A DNA stretch of 64,000 nucleotides from Candidatus Omnitrophota bacterium. GTDB taxonomy: Bacteria > Omnitrophota > Omnitrophia > Omnitrophales > Aquincolibacteriaceae. The notes below the pieces were generated by a model, which did not search any database, was not told where the DNA came from, and was given only the letters and a program-made list of their open reading frames with translations. Made by a program: the position numbers and the translations under genes. The number at the start of each line of letters is the position of its first letter. Positions within the stretch are counted from its first letter, which is position 1. Where the stretch lies: positions 103,781 through 167,780 of the forward strand of contig JAUYMS010000027.1 of the NCBI GenBank assembly GCA_030698625.1, written 5' to 3'. Below, piece by piece: positions 10,201 to 22,200 of this stretch.

Positions 10201-13200
10201 ACGTTCCCGGATGCGTTCAAAGAGGCCAAACATGGCCCCCGGATCGTAACCATGCTTCATAAGATGCGCATCGGCAAGGTCGGCAAACTTTTCAACATAC
10301 CGCGTCTTTTGATCGTCGGCAACATGACCGCTATTTGTTCCCCGGCCTGCGATCATGAAATAATTCAGAAAGCCGTCAATATCATCGGCCGTCTTATCGA
10401 TACTGGCTGTCAAGTAGTCCGCGGTTTGCTCCGCAAAAACGGCATCGCGCCCCTTGTTATCAAGGGTCAAGCGTTCAACCAGTTTGCGGGCTAAGATCGG
10501 ACTCCGAACGTTTAGGGCATTGAGTACGGCATGTATGTTTTCCCAATGGTTTGAAGGCCGCTGTCCCACTCTGTATAATCCTTCGACAATCGCAAGCGTG
10601 GCGCTCGTGATATAGCCGCCGGTTCTGATTTCACGTTCCAGAAGATACGTAACCATTTCCTCCATAGCCCCGGCATCGTCCGGCCATTGCTTGAAATCAT
10701 CGAAGATCTCACGGGAAAGTCTTGCGGCAGCTCCGAGCTGATGCATCGGTCGGCTTAGAAAAACGCTTTTGCGCGCGCCGGGAAGAACCTGCAATGTCCT
10801 TGCTTGGTAGAGCAATTTAAAGAAGAGCTTGAGGGCCTCCTTCGCTTCGTCGGGACGGCCCCTTAGAAGATGTACGGTCGCGTGGTCATACGGCAGAACC
10901 AGCCTCATTTCGCCCAATGCTTTCGGAGCCAGATCGCGATATATCCGGTCGGCCGTTTCAAGGTCCCCCGAGTAAAAAGCGGCGACAGCTTCGAAGTAAT
11001 CGTGCCAAGGCTCGAAGTATGCGTCCGCGTAGGCGCCCGTCGCCTTGCGGGCCTCGATCATTTTATGACCCGCCGCCACTGCCTGACGAAACGCCGCCTG
11101 CGCGCCTTCCATGTCCGGTTCCGTATCATCGGCCGGCGGATTGTTCAGAATAAACCCGCGCAGGAAGAGCAAGTGCGTCAGAAAGGATTGGGAAATGGCA
11201 TGGTTCGGATCCAGATCCAGCGCGAGACGGATAGATTCAAGCGCCTGATCAATGTGTGTGATGTCTTCCTTATAGAGCATATGAAAACCGGCAAGCTCGG
11301 AGAGCACATCCACCCTCATGCTCTGCACCTGGTCTTCGGGAATCCCCTCTTTGCCGACCTCATCTAAGAGCATTAAGGCCTTTTCCAGGGCAAGGAAGGC
11401 CATGGCGATTTCAGTCGGCTTGAGCGGGTCGAAGTTTAAGCGCAACTGCTCGGCCAACCGGGCGGCCATCTCGATCTGTTCCCAATTCGTCATATCTGTT
11501 TTCGACTGCACATAAACTTCCAGGAGCATACGCTCGGAATCGAGCATGTCTGCCGCAACCAGCAGATTGCTCAGGCGCCGGTAATTCCCGTAATCCAAGT
11601 CGCTGGAGTAGTGATAATCCACAACGGTTGGCAGGATCTGCTCTATGGTCTCACGGGGCGGCATGCCATCCCCATAAGAATTCATAAGAACAAAGGCCGC
11701 TGACTGACGCATAACAACCATCAGATCCATACCGGTTTTGAGATGTCTCAATTCTTGCGTGATCTGGTCTTCGCGATCTTGCAGCTTTCTTTCCTTTCTT
11801 ACGGATCCCGTCTTCGTCCTCGCGGTAACTTCATACTCCTCCTGCAGACGGATCATTTTGCGTGCCGCCGCCCCTCTTGCCTTATCAGTCTTATTCAGAA
11901 GGATATGGGCAAGCTCGATCGGATCCCCCTGCGCAGTCTTGAGACGTTCCACCTCGGCATCACTCTCACCCAAGATCTCTTCGACAACCACGCCGGCACG
12001 CATGAAATCTGTTTCCGCCCGCTCGCCGTGCTGTTCGCCAAGCTCTGTGCGCAATTCCGACCGCGCAGCGGGTTCAATCTCCAGAATCTGAAAATGCCAG
12101 CCGTCGATAACCGGAATACCGATGCCCCAGCCTTCGCGGTGCAGGGCCTCGCCCTTAAGGGTATCCGGTTCCGTCAAATATTTCTTCTGCAGATGATCAT
12201 AGACGCGGTAACGGGCATCTCCCCTCTCGATTCCGAGGAATCCCACATCGGTGAGGCGCACCCAGACTTTCTTATCGGGTTCGGTATGGTGCCGCGATCC
12301 GAATGAAATGGGTACAATCAGGCGGCGGCCTTCGTGGGTTCGCGCAAACACAATGACGGTCTCACGGCTGACTCGATGAAATTCAATTTCACCGTGGTCA
12401 AAAAGATCGCGGAGCGCCGTATCGCTGATAACATCATTTAGGCGGGCAAAGACTTCCTGATTCCAGTCTTTCATATAACGCAGCAGGTCGGGCGAGGCGA
12501 TGGCAATAAGGGCCATGACGGGCGGTATCCCAACCGGTCGCTTATCTTGATCGCTAAAGTGCTCCCGGGCTGCATTCGGTTTTAGCTCCGCCACGGTTTT
12601 CAGAACATTCTTGAGTTCCTCTGGTTTTTCCCGCAGGGTCTTGATTTCATTGATCAGCAACAGAGCCGGCGCCTGGTTGCCTCTGACAAATTCCCCGCGA
12701 ATCGCCGCACTTAGATAACGAATTAGTTTTTCTTCTTTGCGCTCGACAAAGCGCAATGCCTGAACCGTACGAACGTTCACCGGCAACCCCTGGGCAAAAA
12801 GATCCCCCACCGTATGCCGTCCATATTTGGCTTTCGTGTTCGCGTTCTCAACGTCAAAAACAGACGCCCTATCCCCAACGGCGTCCTCACCGAGCAGGGT
12901 GGTAAAACCGCGCACACCGTAAACCTCGGTCCCGCCGAGCGCCTCTTCGGTGGACTCATTGACCGCGACGAGAACCTTCTCGCCGTTAACGTGAACGGTA
13001 TAGGCCTTTACGTTCAACGTTGTCGCGTCGAGGAGCTCTCCATTTTTATGGAGGTACCGAATGAGATACTCCCGCAAACGAGCATCTTGGAAAAGCGTCG
13101 ATATTTCCTTGCCCTCCTTGATGGAACTCTCGAGTATGCTCCAAGAGAGGCGGATGGCAAGCAGGTTTATCACCTCAAAGGCATGCAGGTTTAATTCGAC

Positions 13201-16200
13201 TTTTTTGTTAAGCGACTTCTCAGATGCCGATGCGGTAGCCAGGCGTTTGATCTCATCTTTTACGTCCTTGAGACTCGGGTCATCGTCTTTGAGAAGATAA
13301 TTCAGGATGAAGTGGAAAATGTCACCTTCAGGGTGTAATTCGGGATTACTGGTATGATAGCTCATCGCCCACAGCGCCTCGACGCCGCGCATACGCAGTC
13401 GGCGAAAGCTGTCGAGAAAGCCCAGCAGGCCCGGGACGCCTTTTTCTACGAGAATCGTATCTTTCTTAGCGAGATCGGGACGGCGCGTCCAGCCAAAACC
13501 GTCGTCCTTGGCGAGGGTTAGAAGATTCGTCGCGGTAGTGCTCGGAATTTTCAGATTCGAGAAAATTTTATTCTGCTCATTGCGCCGGCTTATGGCTTCC
13601 TGCCAGAGAAAGGCGTGGGCCCGCGTCTGTCCGCGTTCGATATCGACTTTCCAGGATGATGCCACGGCCTGATACTGTGCTTCGCGCCGGCTAACAGGAT
13701 CGCTGTAGCGTGTCTTTAGGCCCTTGAGTGCGGCACCCAGGCTCGCGGCCATGGGCCGCCGTCCGCCGCCATCGACCCCGCTCATTTCAGAATTCGAATA
13801 TTCCACCAGGAACCCATTAGTGATTTCCCACACCCCGCTCTCCAGGTTCTGAACGAGTTCATCATGTGAAACATTTTCGGCGAAGATATCGATCTCACGG
13901 CCTGATGACTTCTCGATAATCGTAAAGAGTTCCGGCATGGCACCGCCCCAGACACCGATCAGTTGAGCGAAATTCGCCAAACCTTTCATCATGCTCGTGG
14001 CCGATGCCTCGAGAAACTCATCGGAGAGCATCACCACACCGGCCATGGCCTGAAAAATAACCGGCGCGGCGAATATACTGTAATTCTCCACCGTCGCAAT
14101 ACGGTGCTCGAGACCCAATTCCCGAATTAACTCTTTGATGCGATCGAATTTCCACTGGGCTCCGGAATCAAAGACGCGCCCGCCGATGACGACCCGAGCC
14201 GAGTCACGTTTAAATGCCGCAAGCGCTTCGGGGTCCCGCGCGAGCGATTCCAGGAGCTCGATCCACTTTTCCGGCCCCTTATACGCCACTTGGCGGCGAA
14301 TGTTCGAGACGATCGGGTCTTCAATAAGGATATCCCTGAGAACACCCACGTCTCCTGATAAATTCGCCCATTTCGTTTCGTCTAGAAGGGCGGCGTGAAT
14401 CGCTCCCATGAATGACTGAATCAGCATCGCTCCGTCTTCCGCTTTGTGCCCGGTGCGTTTCGTATATTCAGCGATGGCGTCCTCAAACCATAACGAATTT
14501 CCCTGCTCCACGGCCATCCACAGCAGAAATTGTCCGACATAACCCGCATTGACGTATTCGCTTCGCCTCTGAAATTCATCGCGAAGCGCTGCAGATGTGT
14601 TTAAAATCTTAAAAAATTCGCGGTCGCCGTCACTATCCACCATGCCAAGGCTCGTTTTGAATTGCTCAATTAGTTCACGCTTTTCGGGCGATTGCCACTG
14701 GTCGAGGAGCACGCCGTTGGTGCTGCGGACACCGTTGCTGTTGTACCCGGTCAGCTTGTGCATATGTCCTGAAAAGATTCCGTCATTTCGAAGCACGGGT
14801 GTGTGCTCATAGAGGCCGACACCGGTGATCATATCGGAGTACATGGCGACCGCATCGGTGATGTTGATCTTGTCGCCGTTCACGATATACGGTCTCATCC
14901 ATTCAGCAAACCCCAACATCTCATAGGAAGAGGCATTAGGACTATAGAGACCGGGGCGAAAAACGGTATGGTTAATATGGTGATGCATGGCGTTGGGGAA
15001 CATCGGAGTCGGCATGCTGGCGAACACCTCGTTATCCACAAAGAGGATATCCTGTTGGACAAGCTTTCGGCTCTGCAATTCCTTAAGCAGCATCTGGCTC
15101 GCCTGCGCATAGGCTCCCATGTGAACATCCCGCCACAGAGTCGTACCCGTCTCGTCAGCATCAGGATAGACCTCATCGAAAACACTGACCGTCCGCCCGT
15201 CCCCATTCACAAAAAAGATGTCAAGATAATAGCTGGGAGTTTTCCCGTACTTGGTTTGCGTCTCGTAGACATGAACCGTCAGTTCGCGGTCGACGACACT
15301 TCGCGCCTTCCCGCGGGCCTTATCTCGAAAGTCATCACCGATTTTCAGTTTCATCTTAAATTCGATGCCCGTATCATCCAGGACTTCCTTCAGGTAATCT
15401 CCGAGATTCTTCGCGCCCGCGAGCACTTCGAGCGGCAAAGCACCGTTTAGGCCCTCCGATCCCCGCTCCCCTCGGACAATTCCCTTGATCTTATTATTGT
15501 AAAGAGGGTGAATGGCAATGATGTCGGTACCGTTCTTGCGCCAGCCGTCGATCAGATCCGGCATAAGGGCCCCCAAACCGCCGGTGAAGTTGAGCTGTGA
15601 GACGAAATTTGCGATCTTTTTGCCGAAGCGGTTAGCAAGTTTTGCCAAAATATCACGGTGCAGGCCCGCTTCGAACTGCCGCGTAACCACGGTTACATTC
15701 TGAACATCTGGCGTGTTCTCGCTAACCCATGTGTGCCGCAGCTCAGACCGGTGTGTTTCCGCCGGAGTCTCCTCAGAGCCGACAACTTGATCAAGATGAT
15801 TGAGAGCAAAATCAATAGTCGGCAAATACCATACCGGTTCGCCTCTCCCGTTTAACGCATTGAGTGCCGCTTGAAAGGAATATCGCGCGAATACGATTGC
15901 CTGCTTTTCGGCTTGCGATCTGGCCTTAAACCGCAACTTGGGTCTAAACTCAACGAAGGCCTCCATCCCTACTTTACGTGCCGCCCAAGCAATACCCCTT
16001 TCCAGCCAACCGCCTGAAGCTCCACGCATGGGCGTAACAATCGCCCATATCGCTTGGTAATGCTCTTTGAGAACTTTGGTGCCGGCGGGAACCTGCATAT
16101 GACTATCGGCAATGAATGCTCTGAAGGTTTTCGTGACGCCCATCTCCCGCATGATTTCCTTAACCGAGCGCAAATCAAAAGTGCCCGTCATAAGCAAAAC

Positions 16201-19200
16201 GCCCCACAGCTGCTTACGCAAGAAGTCACGCAGCTCATGATCACGCGTCGTGATGATGTGGCGGCCGGCATAATCGAGGATTTCAATTTTCCCCTTTTTC
16301 AGACGATACTTCCAGCCGTCGAGGACTAATGTGGGATTGACGGCTTCAATGTATCGTTCGATCAGCTCCGAAGTAACTTGCGGCGCCTTAACACCTGCGG
16401 CGAGATCACGATTTTTCGGCAAATCAAGAATAGAGGTGGCGCGGCTAAGCGTGTCGAAAGTTGCATATCGGCGAAGAAAGCTTTGTGCTTTGCCTAAGTC
16501 GATCTCTGCGAAGGAGAGAGATACCTTGATCTCTACGGCTTCGTCTACTCGATTCAACTGCTCCGGTCTTGCTTGCGTCTGCGCAAATGGCTTGAAGAGT
16601 TCTTCCTCAGGCTCCAAAGCGACAAAAATATAAGCACGCTTAAAAGTGCCGGCGGGAAGCGCTTCCCCGGCGGCCGACACGGCACTTATTCTCCGGGAGA
16701 CCGCGCCCGGCAAATCCTGACGGATCAGCTGAAAGCGATCCTTGGTCATGGGTTCAAGGCCCATCCCCAACGTCTCTCTTTGTTGCCGAAGAGTCTCTGA
16801 AGGCGCACCGCCTCTGAATCCAACCAACGCATGCGGCAGAAACTCATTGGCCGCGAGTTCTGCCGGGGTCGCTGTCCAAATACCCACTTCATCCAAATTG
16901 TCTTGTTCGCTAAGGATTTCGTCTTCTGCTACGGCCATGACTTCTTGGATCGTGCCTTCACCAAAAGTAACCATCTGGGCCAGGTTCAGTTTTTCACGGG
17001 CGGCCTTCTGCTCTTCCTCCCGCCTGGAAGCGAGTGCCTCATTTCTGCGCGCGTCATCAGCCTTCCGTTCTTGCTCTGCGACATACTCCGCAATCGCGCT
17101 CATTTGGACGCCGAGCAGATCTTCCCGGCCCCGGATTCGCCTCTGCCGCTCTTGGATTTCCTTAAGAACGCTGACGCGTTCGGCTTCGCTGAAATGCCGT
17201 TCGTCGACCCAGGCCGAGCCGTCGGGGGCGATTTCATGGATCTCGACAATCAATGCCCGCAGTTCGTCATCGGAAATTCCGTAGGGCTGGTTAATCAGGA
17301 CCAAGTGCCCGTCCTCGATGGCGCTTACCAGAGACGCGACTTTATCGCTGTCCGTCCAGGCGCTCGGATCCTCGGTCATATCTCTAACATTCTGACGAAT
17401 ATTCTGAACGGTTTTCCCCGAACGGAATTTCAAATGAATCTCACTCACTCGGGCATTCGTGCTGTAGGATTCCGGTTGCGCCAAGATCACAACCATGACC
17501 GTTCCACCGTTGCGCAGCTCGACATCTTTGACTTTGTCTTCTAGAAAGTAGTCCGCTATTTGCCCTACCAGGTCTTCTTCCGGCTGAACGCGCTCGAATC
17601 CCAGACTTTGGAGTGCACTACCCTGTTCCTCGGTCGCGGGAATCACGCGCAGCGTAAAGCTTCCTTCAGCCGGTGCTTCCATTTCCTTCAATTGATTGAT
17701 CACGTCCTTATCACCGGCCATCACGCGCTCCGTGATCTCCGGGGTCTGTGACTTCAACTTCGCTGCTGTCTCATTCGGAACGAGGATGACGGGGCGCACT
17801 TCGGAGCTGTCATAGGCGCTGCGTCCCAATTCATAGTGCGCCGCGGAGTTCAATTCCGAGAACTGGTTTATAAGAAGGGGGTACGCATCGATGTTAGACT
17901 CCGGGGTCACTCCAGAGTAGACGCCCGGGTCCTTACCCTCGCTGTCATTACCGCGCGTCAGGAAAAAGCCCGCGTTTCTATCGAGAAGGCTCAGCACCTG
18001 CTGAAAGTGAAACGAATCCCCAATGCTCGTCTCGTTGATCAAGACTTGGTAGCCCTGCTTGATTTCTTCGGGGTAATCCCGGTCAGCATCAAAACCAAAG
18101 TAAGCAATAACCGTCCTCTCGATACCGTTATGCCGGAAAGTCGCGACGTATCTCTGCTGCTTGCGCTCCTGTCTCCTTCTCGCAAATTCAATTTCAGTTT
18201 CAGGATCGACCACAGATCCGAGCTGCTCTGTAACCTGCGCCTTGAAGTCACCAAAACTCAGAGGTTCCCGGTGCGTACCGATAAGGGTTTCAAAATCCGT
18301 CTTCATCAGGGTCCCGAGGATATCTAATTTCCCGGCTTCATCCCCGGCGCCGAGCCCCATGGAGTAAACAACCGGTTTATCAACGAGTGAGGTAATCAGC
18401 CGGGCCGTGTTTCGTGCCAAGGTCAGCTTCTTGCGCGCCACCTTTTCGCCCTGCCCGAACCCGTCGAAGAATTTCAGGACATGTTCTCTTGATGCCTTGA
18501 TGCCTGTGACAGGGAGTTCCAGATCCAGATCGATATCGCTACCCGGCAGTTCACTGCCGAGATCCCGGAACGGAATGTAGTGCGCGGCGCTTTCTTTCGC
18601 GCGGTTATAGGACTCTGCCGCTCTAAGCTCTGAACGCTTTAGATCCGTTTTTTCCAGAACGAGATATCGAAGGCTCCCGTCCGCTTTGCGCAGCGGATCG
18701 CCGCTTGCATCCTTTGGCACGAAGAGGAAACGCAGTACTTTTACATTGGTCACCTCGTCCAGCTTGGCCATTCCCGTCGTAAGGTCTGTCAGATCTTCGT
18801 CGGCAAGATAAACTAATAAGTCATTTTGCTTTGCGCCTACCGTGCGGAAGACCTCGGCAAATACCGCGGCGCGGCGGGCATCGCCGTATCCGGTTATTGC
18901 TTGGTTTATCGTAATTAGCGGCCGGTATCTTACAAAGCTCAGGTCGCCCTGGATCTCCAACCCCGACGGCACTGAAATCGGCTTTGAGAGGATGTCCTCC
19001 AAGGTTCGGCCTTCGTCCAACTGGTCAAACACGGCAATAAAATAATTCAGCATATTCCTTTCCTTCCGCACAATCTCGGCAAGGGTATCGCGATACAATC
19101 TGCGGTCATCCTTGTTGCCGATGACCCGCGCCAAGACCTCTTCGAGGTCTTCGAGCACGTCAGGGCTATACTCGTGATAATGCGGGTTCTGGATTTCGAG

Positions 19201-22200
19201 AAACCGCCCGAGCGAATTTCTAAAGATTGCCCCCATGCTATCCACATAATTCGGGGAGCGCTCGAGCTGCTGGAGGAATTGCTCGGCGAGCGTATCGTGG
19301 GAGAACAGATGCGTCGAAAACAAAGTACCGCCGCCGACGCCGCGCGCGGCAAAAGTAAAGGCATTGTTCAGGCCGAAATCTCCCGCCACGATTGCCGCAT
19401 CACTTAAAAAATGCAGGCGGTTAAATGTGCGGCTCTGTTGGCTCGCGATATTGATCACGATGACCGAGCCCGGCTTGATCTCGCCCGGGATCTTGACGTG
19501 CTTGTCGTGGAGGTCGATGAACGTCACTTCAGGCTTAAGGTCGTCGCCGTTTTCGAGAACATCAAAGATTTGATCGTGAAGCTTATGCTGCTGGCCGTGG
19601 ATGTCCTTATATTCTTGGCCCCTATTCAGCATCGTGAAGACGACAATCGGTTTTCCGTCCGCCATCGGGTATTTGTGTTCCCGCGCCTTGTGCAGGCTGT
19701 TGACGAAGCGGACAAAGGAGCGCCTATTGGCGTATTTGCTTGTATAGACAAAACCCATGAGACTTTCGGGAATGACATCATTGCGCAGATGTTCCAGGAG
19801 CTCGAGGTGAGGCGTAAAGCTGTTTTTCTCTTCCGTCGGATATACGGTAAACAGCTCATCAAAAAGCGCCTTACGGTGAGCCTTCATCACCATCGGGTCT
19901 CTCCATGCCTCTTTTCCGGTTCTCACGATATCCAGAATTTCTGGGTCCGCATAAATATAAGGAAGCACTTTGAGCTTTTCCTTTTTCGGATCATGCATGC
20001 CCGGCACGACTCCTTGAAACACGGCGACGCGATCACGGATCGGATCCAGCTGCGAGGTGTCGGAGCTCGGGATATTGACATAAGGGGCCACGAGAAACTG
20101 TGTGGGCCGTTCGGCCGGCGCAATTTCGGCCAGCAGTTTGTCGGCACGCAGCAGCGATTCCGGTCCGCGCGGACTGAGTTTGGAATCATAACTAAAAGAG
20201 ACAAAGCCGCGGCCGTCTTTAAGATCGACATCCTCCACGGCCCGATACCCCTGATCGAGCAAAAACTGCAGGCGCTCGTCTTCAATCTCATCAACGCTCG
20301 GTTCGGTACGCAGCTCCGAGCGCTTGGCACCGCCTTCCCGCACGAGCTTCTCCACCAAGTGAGGCTTTTGGCGGAAGAGGTGCAGAATGGTATTCGAAAA
20401 CTGGTCCGGATCTTGGTAAACGCGTCTTTGAAAGGTTTTCAGAGGCATCCGTTCCAGATCACTCATTTCATAGATATTGTATCCCTGCCGAATTGTCGCG
20501 ATCTCCGCAGAGTTACCCCGATAAACAAATAGCGTTCCGAACTCATTGTTGACCGTGTATCCCTGCCGGTAAGAGCGCTTCATCTCGTTGTCTGCAGAGA
20601 TTTGCGTGAGTCTGTGCAGGTCCATCTCAATGCCCAACTTTGCGCGGGTTTCCCGGACAACCGCATCAATGAGCGTCTCACCGACTCGGACTTGTCCTCC
20701 TGCGGTGATCTGTAATTTTCCCGGCGAGAGGATCCGGCTGAGGCTCCTGCGCGGCAGAAGGACGCGGCCGTCGTCATCGACAAACAACACCTGCGCGGCC
20801 TGATGCCAGTCCCCGTCCCGATAAACCCGGTACTTCGCCTTCCCTTGGCCGGCAAGAACTTGCCCTCTCTCGTCGACGATCTGCACGATATCTTGCTCAT
20901 CATTCAATCGCCGCCATGCCCCGCCGCGAATGGACTCAATATCTCCGCTCTCTCCTGCGGGCTTAGGCCGCATCACTAATTTATCCTGAAAACTCACACG
21001 ATATTGACTGGCGTGGATTCCGAGAAGTCCAATAACCGACTGTGCGAGTAATTCCGGCGAATAAAAACCCCACTCGCGATCCACTTCCTTGTAGCTTGTC
21101 CCGGAGCGTTCCAACGGCTTTCTGATTTCCAGATCGAGACCGATGGTTCCGACCTGGCTGCGGATGCTGCGGTCGACTTCGGACTGATCGAACGGTATGT
21201 AGAGTTTCCCGGGATCCCTCTTTTGGTAAGTGGTGGGGCTGCCGACGGTATAGTGAACAACGCCTCTGACATCCGGAAAATTATGCGTCGGGTGACTATG
21301 CACAAACTGCCTCGTCGCATACCGGTAGATGCGCTTGACCAGTCCCAGGGCCGTGGTTCCGTAAGGTTCGGCTTCGCTCGTGGGGTTGGCAATGTGAATC
21401 TTTACGGCCTTTTCATTGCTGCGAATGGCCTCTCCGAGCCCGGGGACAATTAGAGAGCTTCCGATATTGGATTCCAGGGTGGTGTTGCCGTAGACGATGG
21501 CGTCGGCATTCCGCAGAACCTCGGCGACATTCTCGCTCACCGGATCCTCGCTGATATCGTCACCAAGAATCTCGGAAATAAGGCCGGCGGTTTCAAACGC
21601 CTGTTTTTCGTCTACCTTGCGCGATGTTTCTAGAATCTCACGGGCCAGTCCTTCGTCATAATCTTCTCCTCCTGCCTCCGGAGATCCGAGCCATACCCCT
21701 CTGCGCTGCAGAGTCAGGGGCTCGATATCGATCCCGCGCTCGCGAATCTTACGTTCAAACTCGGCAATCTCAACCGGGCGGTCCACCAGCCACAGCCCGA
21801 TAAACGGGTGCGTCTTGTCTCGGAATTCATTAACGCCGGTCTCGGCAAAGTAGATCGTCCCGTCCCCGGCCATGGCAACGAGATGTTGCCGCTTCTCGGT
21901 CGGGAAGAGCACCCGGTCTCCTTGCTTCATATCCAGAACCGCACCGACGGCATCGACAGCCTTTTGCCAGAAATTCTCCTCACCCGTATCTTCGAGCTCC
22001 CAGGCAGCGCCAAGCAGCGCCAAGCTCCTGAGCGGCATAAATTCGTAAGTGAATTCACTCTCGGCATACCGGGTATTCAATGTATCGCGAAACTTCTTGA
22101 GATAGCCGGTGAGTTCCCCTCGTTTTGCGCCGGCTATAGCCAGCCCCTTTTCTGAAAGCTCGCGCATCGACTCATAGTGAAACTCGACACCACTCTCTCC

